This document shows, piece after piece, positions 28,701 to 37,869 of a stretch of 64,000 bases of DNA (position 1 is the stretch's first letter; the number at the start of each line of letters is the position of its first letter). The DNA is from a virus (lineage: Duplodnaviria; Caudoviricetes), in IMG/VR virus record IMGVR_UViG_2061766007_000705. One strand, given 5' to 3'. The notes beneath the pieces were generated by a model, which was not told the origin of the DNA, made no database searches, and was given only the letters and a program-made list of their open reading frames with translations. Position numbers and translations under genes: made by a program.

Positions 28701-31700
28701 ACCAGTATAATCGAATCTAACATAATCATTATATGCTCCATTTCTTGGCTCATTACTTAAACCTAAATCAATGGAATGTTGTTGAGACCAAGCATCACCC
28801 AATGCAACATATTGAAAATCAACGCATAATTTATCATAATACGTTAAATCAACTGGTTGGTCTGTGCAGTATCCGCTACTACCATATAATGAAGTAGAAT
28901 CATCTACTAATCTCATATATCTACTTTCTTTTGTTCCACCAAATCCAACTGTTCCAAAATATGTAGAGTAGAATTTATTATTCCAACCACCTACAATTTC
29001 CGCACATTCGTCACCTTGATTATAAACCATAACTGGTTCTGCTTCTATTGTAACTGTTGATATATCAGATAACGTAACAATAGATAAATTGTCCATTAAA
29101 TTAGTGTATCTTGTTGTGGTTAATTCACAATAATAATATAAAACAGTACCATTCATTTCACCTAAAGGAATTTCAAATGTAGAATTTGTTGCTCCTTCAA
29201 TTAAACGTGAATGTGTTTTTTCCAAATCATCAGTTTCATACCATTGATAAGTTACATCGTGATTATTATCTGTTGTAGTAGTTATATTAATAACGTCAGA
29301 TGTTTTATAATTACAAGGTAATGTAATACTTTGTGGTTGTTTTACAATTGTTGCAGGTGTTGGAGCAGTATCATCATGTTTAACTCTAACTGTTGCTACA
29401 TCTGTAATATAAGAAGCAGTTTTACCATTATTATCTCTCATTGCGCTAATTTCACAATAATAATAATTTGTACTACAACCTTCAAGACCATTTGATATAT
29501 TATACGTAGAACTATTCGTACCAACCTTGATAGGAGATTGTTTGTCAATTGTATTGCATTTATACCATTGATATTTAAGAGTGTGACCTGCTAAATCTAC
29601 TGTAGGGGTTACAGATAATATTTGATTATTATAACCATAATCTAATTCAAGAACATTTGTTATGCTATGTATAGGTTGTACCGCTGGGTCATCTGTGGCA
29701 TCTTCAAGTTCTATATTACCACTTGTTTTACCATTTTCATCTATCATTGTATAAATGAAAACATTGGAAAGGTAACCACCACCATCAAAAGATAAATCAA
29801 ATAATTCATTTTTATCTTGGTCTGTAAGGTCAATTTCAATATAATAAGTATGATTTGTATTAGAAGTTTTAATATTTTGTTCATCTATATCATAATTAAT
29901 TTTTAATTGTTCATTATCATCGTTTTGATAGTCAAATAAAACAATATATTTTTCTTTACCCTTTAATACATTTAATAACTTAATATTATCATTAATGCCA
30001 ACCTTATTTCCTTTATAATCATCGTCAATAAATATTGTGGTGTCAGTACTTTGTGTACTTGCCCATTTGTCAAATAAAATATGCCTTTTATAAGCAAATG
30101 TTTTAATATTTTCAACTCTATGGTCATTATAATAATCAATTAAACTATATAAAGCATCCAATGTGTTGTTTACATTTTTAAGAATATCATCATATGTAAT
30201 AATATAAAATGGTGAATTTAACATATTAAATGATAAATTTTGTGTGAAATATTCTTTCCACCATTTATATTTATCAGATTCACATACAATAAAAAATGCA
30301 ATATTTGGATTATCTGTTTGATTAGTCTCAATGATTAAAGAAACTATTTCGTTACAATCATCATCAGATGAGCATATACAAAAACAACAATCTGAAGATA
30401 ATACATCATTACGATTGTATGTAAAATTATTTTTTTTAGATACACATTTGGATGACCATCCAGTACCATCCCCACCATAATAAATACTTATAGCATTATT
30501 AATTTCATTATAAAATTTAACAACTTTACTATCTGTTTCGTTTTTATAATATAATAAATAATTTATTGTGTAATCAGGTAAAACGGCAATACTAGTAAAT
30601 GTTCCATCACATCCACCTGTTCCACTACAACGTTTTGAATAAGTTCTTTGTAAAGTAAACAAGAAATTATCTTTAAATTTTTCACCACCAAGGGGACTGC
30701 GGAAAGTTGATTCTTCCCAACCATCAACACTAATATAAGAACTCCATTCATTTTTCTTACGTACTACATCAAATTTAACATAACCATTTATTGGTAATTG
30801 TTTTAATATATATGTCATTATTTCTTCAGCACGTGATTGCGAAGGGAGTATTGGTACATCTTTCAAAGATTCATAAGTAGTAGGAATATCACTAATGCCA
30901 ATAAATGTATGAATATTTACAAGGTCTTCTCTGCCTTCTTCGTAAAGACATTGGATACCATTTTTTTCATCTTGATTACCAACGATAATAAAAATATCGG
31001 GATGATTTTTATTGCATTTTTCCCAATATTTTGCTTCTTCCCAAATTTCATTTAAAGCGCAATCAAAATTACCATAATATCCAATATTATAAGTTTCAAC
31101 ACCATTAAATGACTTTAATCCATAAAGACCATCTACAATTTCATTAATGGCATTAATATCTTCAATATCATTACTAATAGATAAAACACCAATTTTAATC
31201 GGAGTTTCCCAATAGTCTTCCAACATTTCTTCACATTCTGATTTAGTCATAAATGTTTCAGACAAACGTTCTTCTCTCATATCTTCATTAATGAAATAAA
31301 TTTTTTGAATTTGACAAGAATTATTAGCCATAATTCTAATGTAGAATTCATCAACAATATCATTAATGTCAACATAAGTATATCCTAATGTCGTTGTGAC
31401 ATTTGTAAGTGTTTTATCAAACTTATTGACTTTACCTTTATTCTTATCTCTTAATTTAGTATCTAAACCAATAGTAATTGAACCTGTATGTTCTACACAT
31501 AATTTGGTATAATTATTTAAATTAACCTTAACTTGTGTAGAAAAACCACTGCCATTATTTAATTCAAGATACTTTTCTTTTTTATTACCACTAAACGAGG
31601 TAGATGAATAACAACCATCACCCCAAGTACCAGTAATATGAGGATTTTCATCACCATAATTATAAAGATAAAGCATTTCTTGATTTGGAGTAGGAGTAAC

Positions 31701-32153
31701 AAACCCCCTCAGTAATTGAGGGGGCGTATTTTGATTTTGTCTATTTGTACTAAATAAATATACTTCTAAATTACCTATAAATGATGCTTTATCTTGAACT
31801 TCGGATTCTTTAAAAATATAAGAGGAACGGAATTTTCTTCTTTCTTTTAATAATGGTTGATATTGGTCATATACACTATCTGCACAAATAATAAATACTG
31901 ATACGCTATTACCCATAATATTATATATGTTATCAAGATATTGATTTATTTTATTATAGTCTTGCTCAGAAGCACAACCTAAGAAAAAACCTTTTGCATC
32001 GTGACGAGCCTTAGAAATTACATTATCTTCATATCGAAGATATTGAATTCCTTTTTTGTCAAAATAATCTTCAATTAATATTGATAATTGATTAGCGCAA
32101 CTTAAATCACTTAATTTTAATAAGTTCAAAAAAACTAATTTGGAAGAATCCAT
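25785..32153 (-). CDS. Giant (2122 aa) multidomain protein with Ig-like and putative glycan-binding repeats
   Basis: Five YQWY...(YYYC) Ig-like repeats, LYNxGDE...G(G/T)W repeats, alpha/beta repeats. Confidence 0.6.
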   Translation of the reverse strand: MDSSKLVFLNLLKLSDLSCANQLSILIEDYFDKKGIQYLRYEDNVISKARHDAKGFFLGCASEQDYNKINQYLDNIYNIMGNSVSVFIICADSVYDQYQPLLKERRKFRSSYIFKESEVQDKASFIGNLEVYLFSTNRQNQNTPPQLLRGFVTPTPNQEMLYLYNYGDENPHITGTWGDGCYSSTSFSGNKKEKYLELNNGSGFSTQVKVNLNNYTKLCVEHTGSITIGLDTKLRDKNKGKVNKFDKTLTNVTTTLGYTYVDINDIVDEFYIRIMANNSCQIQKIYFINEDMREERLSETFMTKSECEEMLEDYWETPIKIGVLSISNDIEDINAINEIVDGLYGLKSFNGVETYNIGYYGNFDCALNEIWEEAKYWEKCNKNHPDIFIIVGNQDEKNGIQCLYEEGREDLVNIHTFIGISDIPTTYESLKDVPILPSQSRAEEIMTYILKQLPINGYVKFDVVRKKNEWSSYISVDGWEESTFRSPLGGEKFKDNFLFTLQRTYSKRCSGTGGCDGTFTSIAVLPDYTINYLLYYKNETDSKVVKFYNEINNAISIYYGGDGTGWSSKCVSKKNNFTYNRNDVLSSDCCFCICSSDDDCNEIVSLIIETNQTDNPNIAFFIVCESDKYKWWKEYFTQNLSFNMLNSPFYIITYDDILKNVNNTLDALYSLIDYYNDHRVENIKTFAYKRHILFDKWASTQSTDTTIFIDDDYKGNKVGINDNIKLLNVLKGKEKYIVLFDYQNDDNEQLKINYDIDEQNIKTSNTNHTYYIEIDLTDQDKNELFDLSFDGGGYLSNVFIYTMIDENGKTSGNIELEDATDDPAVQPIHSITNVLELDYGYNNQILSVTPTVDLAGHTLKYQWYKCNTIDKQSPIKVGTNSSTYNISNGLEGCSTNYYYCEISAMRDNNGKTASYITDVATVRVKHDDTAPTPATIVKQPQSITLPCNYKTSDVINITTTTDNNHDVTYQWYETDDLEKTHSRLIEGATNSTFEIPLGEMNGTVLYYYCELTTTRYTNLMDNLSIVTLSDISTVTIEAEPVMVYNQGDECAEIVGGWNNKFYSTYFGTVGFGGTKESRYMRLVDDSTSLYGSSGYCTDQPVDLTYYDKLCVDFQYVALGDAWSQQHSIDLGLSNEPRNGAYNDYVRFDYTGNCTGDFANYTDLKLHTKKMDISSVTGSYYLNFGASSFYYPEQTADIRIHRVYLIPQSLSKKNMIPATPPTIVTQPQNITVDYGYESVSISIEATVEDNHTLSYQWYKCDDLSGYNAQKIDDAIESIYNIPIGKLGETIEYYYCSVTALRTESRLTETLNSNIISFSVNADETSATTPKVTLTLLTDNSLKAEVEPIENHTFTYQWYENPYKNKYSTKHLIIINGATEQIYKPIFNDVINKERYYYCQVTSHLNTNIVNKKTAINSLQITKHKALRPNYYNIGQIKWNKSYSNNQWSGQGNSTIVKNDNLIHCMCGYTTKSPIDVTNYDEVYLNYIVSNLIGENSKIYIGLDTFIKSDQYGTNNEPAFDIQTNTSITNEGKGSIILNVENITGEYYVRFMVDNQVEGETITFTPNGFYARKKNCCVILSDEQTVIKKSLSYGYNETEGQIIQSLDYLSDKPLTYQWYEGSTAIQGANSLTFNVPLDLENTQKQYRFVASYNNQAAFVQDYQVDIGANINLTLSGVEPIGLVHGGVYDNNYQTYNNLPKNKIKNTICFNNKLKHGDEATININWFRCLYSDKNNSEIIKSTDDEGLYIYNNGDNTLFIMDEISGDSIEELAINEKGHLSNDNYEYDIIFNENNICIDVYTNIDACTSVFNDCVYCRCTYDGSLGYFECEDLCANNVYVCKPAEYISEAKSLKFGEKYLVIFEAQSINDDVQNVAIGNSEYAEKLYTGLIAHKSFVEVTKERKVYCVLLDLSDLTIIEDARQNTATRQPKGVCIADESNANISRTDFKVYTIWQSDKVKYLYDFWDSGNTYGYTYKDLRAYENSNVYEYRGDPLILKVGNGGSWMYERFNLLDCSFKKSEEQWCLSAQKIKVVYCIRFNTSKTTFWNVCYQMSGDEYTYTDALTQGDTRLGEILTLPYVLSDKQTDRQYIDIFTFGQKQRQGNMYIYPRIGEAFIYRIYLIKED

Positions 32154-32164
32154 TCAAACACCCC

Positions 32165-35100
32165 CTATTCTGTTATCATTCCGTTGTTCATAGCATTAAT
32201 TTCATTATAGGTATATTTTACTTTATCAATCTTAGATAAATCAGTTGCAATTCTGTGAACAATGTAAGTTATAATATGCTCCGCAAATACACTGGAAGGA
32301 AATGCAGTATCAAGACCTATATCTTTGCCAAATTCATTTGCAGTATCTAACGTATTATATGTTTTAGAATCAACAATACCAATTTGTAATTGATTATTAT
32401 AAAAACCATACTGTTTTGCCAAGTCTAACATTTCTTGGAACTTGTATTTATCAACAGTTTCTCCTACATATATAATAGCATCTGTTGTTTTAAGTTTGTC
32501 ATCTTTTATAAAAGACCTTAAGTCTGCTTCATTTTGAATAACACCAAAATTATTTACTGTAACATTTGAAAAATTAGAAAACTCTTGTACAAGAGAATCA
32601 AGACAATTTTCATTTTGGTCATCCAAAGAGACAAAAGAAACATTAAGTTTCTTTTTAATGTTCTTATTGATGTAAATATCAGCATCTGATGATGTATATA
32701 CGGTTTCATCTGGTGGTGTAACAAAATGTCTATATTTATTTTTAGGTATTTCAAAATAAATTGTATGTATATTTAATTTAAGTATTGCTGTACCATAAGT
32801 AGGAGAATTACTTTGAGCAACAATTTTAATACTATATTCTCCAGTTAATTCCCTAACATCTAAATCTAAAGATGTTTCATTAGGAGATACGGATATTGAT
32901 TTATTTGAATCTACCAATTCAACTTTTAATGAACCACCATATGGCGCACTGCCCTCAAATTCAAATTTTAAAAACATCAAATCAGTTACATCTATTTTAT
33001 TCTTAGATATTGATGTAATATTACACATAACCAATGAACCAGTAGCATTATAATTTATTGAAAAAATACTATCATTATCCCAACCACCAATTATATCATT
33101 ATATTGTGTATCTTCTTTACGTAAATAAATTTTTTCCATTGGTTGATGTATTTCTTCATATTCTTTTAATTTGTTTTCTATATTTTCTTGTCTTTGTTGA
33201 TGTCTTTGCTCTCTCTTTTGTTCTTCTTGCTCATTATCATAATGAGGTTCTTCAAATATAGGTGGAATACCATATTCTTCTTCATATTCATCGACCTCTA
33301 AATCATCAATTGCAAGTTGATAAATATCATCATCTTGAATAACATCTTCTTCTTTAGCAATTAAATATATCTTATATATTTTAATTGCAACATTACCATA
33401 ATTTGTTGATGAACTTAATTTAATATAATATTCTCCAATTACATTGTCAATGTCAAGAATAATTGTTTCTTTTGGATTATTAGAATTTTTATATTCTTTT
33501 GATATAATATATTCTGTATCATATTGAATATCATTACTTATATCAGACGACAATCCTACATTTAATGACCAATTATAATAACTATTTCCATTACCTGTTT
33601 TTTCATATTCAATATATATTTTAGAATATTTAGTAAAATCAAATTTATTTTTAGAACTTAAAGCGCATTGCATATCAGTATATTGATTGGTCGTTGTATT
33701 TAAAGAGATATACGATAATTGTGTAGTTGCAGTTGCATTATTCCCATACAAACTAATATATCCACCAGTCCTATCCCAATATTCATTACCTTTATTATAA
33801 AGATATATTTTATTAGGAACTGGAGCATCTGGTTCATATAATTCTGGTAATGGTTCTTGTGTTGGAGTATACTCATAACTCAAATCTTCGTCATATTCAT
33901 CCAAATAAATATTAAGTATTTTTAAATTATAGGTTTCCTCATAATATTTATTTCCCATTACAAAGTTTACATAATATTTACCTTTGACATTGGTAATATC
34001 TAATTCTTTTTTATATGTTGTATTTAATGATAAGTCTGAATAACTCACAATAGGATTGATTTCAGAAGCACCAAATATACTATTAGTATTTGCTGGTATA
34101 TCTTTATTACCATCAATATAAATACTTCCAAAATACTCAGAATTTAAAGTAGTATGCAACCCAATTAAAAAATCAGTGTATCCATAATTATTAATAGTTG
34201 GTTGTCTAGTAGGTAATACTTCAAATTGATATTCAATACAAAATTTTTTATAATTAGAAATGTCAATTCTTTTATCGGTAGACAGTCCACCACAACGCCT
34301 TTCGTTGTTAGAAAGTAATTGTATATAATTTGGTTGTCTTACAATATTTGGTGGATAGTGTCTATCAGATGAAACATATCCACCTGTAATATAACAGTCT
34401 CGATAATGTATTTCATTCCAACCATTTGTAATATCCGTACATTCATTACCTTCATTATACAAATAAATCCTATTATCATTAGGATATTTCTGTTTTTCTG
34501 TTTTCAATATACAATTCAATATATAATTTGCATCTTTACTATCAGTAAATCCAAAATCATATCCAAACTTTTGCGCTATATTATTAGCAACTTCACTATT
34601 ACAATATTTAGAAGATAAAAGAAGAATGTTTTTAGTATTGTTTAAATTATTTTGCTTAATTTCATCAACTATATTTTCACAATGCTTTTGTATATTACGT
34701 TTTGTCAAACTACCATCTGCAAATAAAAGAATGTCTATATTATTAAATTCATTATTTTGAATTAAATTATTTAATCTTTCGCTATCTACATAGTCAAAAT
34801 TATAAAAATTAATATTCTGATATGTTTGTAATTCTTTCATTAAAGAATATGTGTTTGCGGTGATTTCATCTAAGCAACACAAACCTATATTTAATGAATT
34901 GTTAAAATATTTACCAATATATTCTTCACATTCATTTTTATTACACGTTTGTTCTAATATTTCGTTTTCTTGCAAGTCAATTTTTGTTTTAGAGTTTTTA
35001 TTATCAATTAAATAAACATTATGAATTTGAACATCACAACCACCATATCTAAACCAACTTCGTACACTAAAATAAACATAATATTCACCTTTAAATGTTT

Positions 35101-36007
35101 TAATATTTAACTTTTTAATATTATGACCATTTTTTTGATAATCTTCATTATCATCAAGATTTAAATTTGCTTTATCTACTTCAAATAGTCTGAGACTACT
35201 AATAGATAAATTATATCCACCACTTCTTAATGTATCGGTGATACTTATGTCAAATGTTGAATTGTTTAAGGTATTTGTAGTATATTCAATACACAATTCT
35301 GTATAATTTGTTAAATCAATTTTATTCAATGTTGTAAATCCACTCGCAAAATCACAATTGTCAGTAGATTCACAAATAACAGATAAATAATTTTTATTTA
35401 TTTTAGTACCATTATACCCATTACGATATGTCAAATAATTTGAAGTCCACCCACCCGTAGTATCAAAACACATATCTCCTTTAGTATATAATGGAAGTAT
35501 ATCTTTCGGCTCATTGTTTGGGTTATAAGTATCTAAAAAACTTATATTAAAACCTTTACCACATATATGTTTTTCAAATTTAATATAATTAACAGTATAT
35601 TTTGCCGAATCATATGTGAATCCAATATAATATTTACCTTGTATATTGGATGTATCTACAGTTTTTGTATAACCCCTTTTTATTGTAGAACTACGATAAT
35701 AAGAAAAAATTGTTTTAACAAAATTCTTATTTTCATCATATAATCTTATTTCATAAGTATATCTATAAGTATCAATATCAGTAAACGATGTTTGAATTTG
35801 TGTAATTTGATTACTTCCAAAGGAAGAGAAATTAATCATTTCAGTTGACATATATAAATTAGAAGAAACTGTCCATTGCATAGTATCAGTATGTATATTT
35901 GTCGGATAAATTTGAACGGTTTCTATACGTGGTGTATTTTTTATTTTTTCTTCTTCTTCATGAATTATATCATACTTTGTTTTTCTCTTTTTGTTTTTAT
36001 CAAACAT
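32165..36007 (-). CDS. 1280-aa multidomain protein sharing repeats with the 2122-aa protein
   Basis: Four LY...G(G/N)W/Y...ID.T.Y repeats and two alpha/beta repeats. Confidence 0.6.
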   Translation of the reverse strand: MFDKNKKRKTKYDIIHEEEEKIKNTPRIETVQIYPTNIHTDTMQWTVSSNLYMSTEMINFSSFGSNQITQIQTSFTDIDTYRYTYEIRLYDENKNFVKTIFSYYRSSTIKRGYTKTVDTSNIQGKYYIGFTYDSAKYTVNYIKFEKHICGKGFNISFLDTYNPNNEPKDILPLYTKGDMCFDTTGGWTSNYLTYRNGYNGTKINKNYLSVICESTDNCDFASGFTTLNKIDLTNYTELCIEYTTNTLNNSTFDISITDTLRSGGYNLSISSLRLFEVDKANLNLDDNEDYQKNGHNIKKLNIKTFKGEYYVYFSVRSWFRYGGCDVQIHNVYLIDNKNSKTKIDLQENEILEQTCNKNECEEYIGKYFNNSLNIGLCCLDEITANTYSLMKELQTYQNINFYNFDYVDSERLNNLIQNNEFNNIDILLFADGSLTKRNIQKHCENIVDEIKQNNLNNTKNILLLSSKYCNSEVANNIAQKFGYDFGFTDSKDANYILNCILKTEKQKYPNDNRIYLYNEGNECTDITNGWNEIHYRDCYITGGYVSSDRHYPPNIVRQPNYIQLLSNNERRCGGLSTDKRIDISNYKKFCIEYQFEVLPTRQPTINNYGYTDFLIGLHTTLNSEYFGSIYIDGNKDIPANTNSIFGASEINPIVSYSDLSLNTTYKKELDITNVKGKYYVNFVMGNKYYEETYNLKILNIYLDEYDEDLSYEYTPTQEPLPELYEPDAPVPNKIYLYNKGNEYWDRTGGYISLYGNNATATTQLSYISLNTTTNQYTDMQCALSSKNKFDFTKYSKIYIEYEKTGNGNSYYNWSLNVGLSSDISNDIQYDTEYIISKEYKNSNNPKETIILDIDNVIGEYYIKLSSSTNYGNVAIKIYKIYLIAKEEDVIQDDDIYQLAIDDLEVDEYEEEYGIPPIFEEPHYDNEQEEQKREQRHQQRQENIENKLKEYEEIHQPMEKIYLRKEDTQYNDIIGGWDNDSIFSINYNATGSLVMCNITSISKNKIDVTDLMFLKFEFEGSAPYGGSLKVELVDSNKSISVSPNETSLDLDVRELTGEYSIKIVAQSNSPTYGTAILKLNIHTIYFEIPKNKYRHFVTPPDETVYTSSDADIYINKNIKKKLNVSFVSLDDQNENCLDSLVQEFSNFSNVTVNNFGVIQNEADLRSFIKDDKLKTTDAIIYVGETVDKYKFQEMLDLAKQYGFYNNQLQIGIVDSKTYNTLDTANEFGKDIGLDTAFPSSVFAEHIITYIVHRIATDLSKIDKVKYTYNEINAMNNGMITE

Positions 36008-36041
36008 TTATTTCCCACCCTTTCCTTTCCCTTATTCTAAA

Positions 36042-36176
36042 TTAATTCGTAGGCTTATATTCGCCATTATCAAGTGCTTCTTGAACTTGTTCTTTATATT
36101 CCTCTGGAACATCATCTATAGTAATTCTTTTCATGCGAATCTGCATTACATAAAATTTAATACTTTTAATACCCAT
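36042..36176 (-). CDS. Small tail-associated protein (XkdX/CD1375-like), missing from the ORF track
   Basis: Hand translation MGIKSIKFYVMQIRMKRITIDDVPEEYKEQVQEALDNGEYKPTN; TIDDVP motif; GGGGG RBS. Confidence 0.65.
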   Translation of the reverse strand: MGIKSIKFYVMQIRMKRITIDDVPEEYKEQVQEALDNGEYKPTN

Positions 36177-36191
36177 AATTCAATCCCCCTT

Positions 36192-36488
36192 TTATCCCAT
36201 CATCATTTCAAGTAAAACATCCTCAATTGCACTAATTCTTTCATCAATTGTATACTGAGGTTCATTATATGTTTCTGTCCATTCTTGAATAATTTTATTT
36301 CTTTTTTCTTTCCACGTAAAACTATAAGAACAATGTTCCTTTGGTTCAGGTGGAGTTGTTTCTTCTACGGGTTTATATCCATTCTTTTTAAGAATTTCAA
36401 CCGTAGGTGGAACATACCAAGTACCTTCATCTTTTAGCATAGAAGGAGCATATTCCAAATTTCCATCTATAAGTTTACCATATCTCAT
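36192..36488 (-). CDS. Tail-fibre-associated protein (XkdW-like)
   Basis: Start MRYGKL after GAAAGGA; C-terminal ERISAIEDVLLEMM. Confidence 0.6.
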   Translation of the reverse strand: MRYGKLIDGNLEYAPSMLKDEGTWYVPPTVEILKKNGYKPVEETTPPEPKEHCSYSFTWKEKRNKIIQEWTETYNEPQYTIDERISAIEDVLLEMMMG

Positions 36489-36512
36489 TATCTTGTATCC
36501 TTTCTTGACAAC

Positions 36513-36599
36513 ACACCATATATAGTATATACACATAAAATGTACTACTATATATGGTGTATATATACCAAATTTTTGCATATAAAATGTAAATTTTAA
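36513..36599. repeat. Composite element copy 2: two NrdR-box-like motifs plus palindrome
   Basis: ACACCATATATAGTAT (core 36516) and CTACTATATATGGTGT (core 36548), 32 bp apart; ATAAAA-TGTAAA-TTTTAA (36582-36599). Confidence 0.78.
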
Positions 36600-36665
36600 A
36601 TTAAAATATATTCAATTGTCTATTTAATTGTATATTAAATTGTCAAACCATTAAATCAATTCAAA

Positions 36666-37859
36666 TTATTCTTCTTCAACAATAGTTTCTGTACAAGTAC
36701 CCAAAATATAATCACCATAATATGAAAATACTATTTCATAATATCTATTAGTGATAAATTCAATACTTTCATTAGACCAAACAATAGGTGTTCCATTAGA
36801 AGCACTAAATGTAAAGTTTGTATTAGCACATTTAAATGAAATAAACCATTCATTAAAATCATTTTCATTTAAATAGTTACAACTAAGGATAATTGAACTT
36901 GATTTATCTGCGAAGTTAAAAATTTTATAACAATAATTAGAATCAAGTCTAAAAATATTGTCATTCTCCACACCATCAACATTAACATATTCAGCACGAA
37001 GTGTATTAACCTTTGCTTCAAGTTCATTCATTTTTGAAATTAATTGTACCGCACTTGAATTATTAACTTTAGATTCAAGTTCGCTAACTTTTGTGCTTAC
37101 TTCTGAAATATTCATATTATTTACTTTATTTTCAATTTGTGTAACTTTGTTAGACATTACACCAATATTAACTTCACCAACGTTGTTTTGAAGTTGTTCA
37201 ATCTGTTGATTGATTGTATTTACACCCAAATTACCAATTTTATTATCAATTTTATTTTCAAGTTCTAAAATTTGATTTGGAATAGTGGTTTTCTCTAACT
37301 CAGTTACTTTTGTTTGAATAACATTAACATCAAGATTACTCATTTCTTCAATTTTTGCATTAATACCATTAATATCAAGGGCATCAATTTTATTTTCGAT
37401 TTGAGTTAAATCTAAATTTTTAATCCTTTGAAATTCTTCTGCAATTCTATCTGCATCTACATTATCTAATGTTTCTTGAAATTCTTCAAGTTTTTGTCCT
37501 ATTGTTGTATTATTATCTTCAAATTCTTGTCTAAGAACTTTAATTTGATTTTCTGGTCTTTGTCTTTCTGCTTCTTGACGAGCAATTTCCATCTGTTCAA
37601 TATAAGGTTGCTTTTCTTCGTCAGTAACCTCAACCACCTCGCCGTTGATGTACTTGTATAGTGGCAAGCACATACTGTCAATGAGTAGTGGGTTTTCATC
37701 AGAAAGTTCACCGTTGATAATCAATCTGAATTGCTGACCGCCTTGCTCATTGATACAAATATCATTTTCGTTTGGCTTTTCATACGCATCCGAAAAACCG
37801 TGGATAATAATACCGTTATCGTCTGTTCGGATATAGTGTTTATTATAAATAAGTTCCAT
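36666..37859 (-). CDS. Tail-fibre-associated protein with a long coiled coil
   Basis: NKHYIRTD...HGFSDA...DICINEQGG N-terminal domain, heptad-rich middle; follows the fibre gene. Confidence 0.6.
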   Translation of the reverse strand: MELIYNKHYIRTDDNGIIIHGFSDAYEKPNENDICINEQGGQQFRLIINGELSDENPLLIDSMCLPLYKYINGEVVEVTDEEKQPYIEQMEIARQEAERQRPENQIKVLRQEFEDNNTTIGQKLEEFQETLDNVDADRIAEEFQRIKNLDLTQIENKIDALDINGINAKIEEMSNLDVNVIQTKVTELEKTTIPNQILELENKIDNKIGNLGVNTINQQIEQLQNNVGEVNIGVMSNKVTQIENKVNNMNISEVSTKVSELESKVNNSSAVQLISKMNELEAKVNTLRAEYVNVDGVENDNIFRLDSNYCYKIFNFADKSSSIILSCNYLNENDFNEWFISFKCANTNFTFSASNGTPIVWSNESIEFITNRYYEIVFSYYGDYILGTCTETIVEEE

Positions 37860-37869
37860 TTTGTGCCTC

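Noticed and set aside
36505-36533. Plus-strand TTGACA-17-TATACA overlapping a box (possible antisense promoter)
   Set aside because: The -10 lacks the conserved final T, and there is no equivalent at the other two copies
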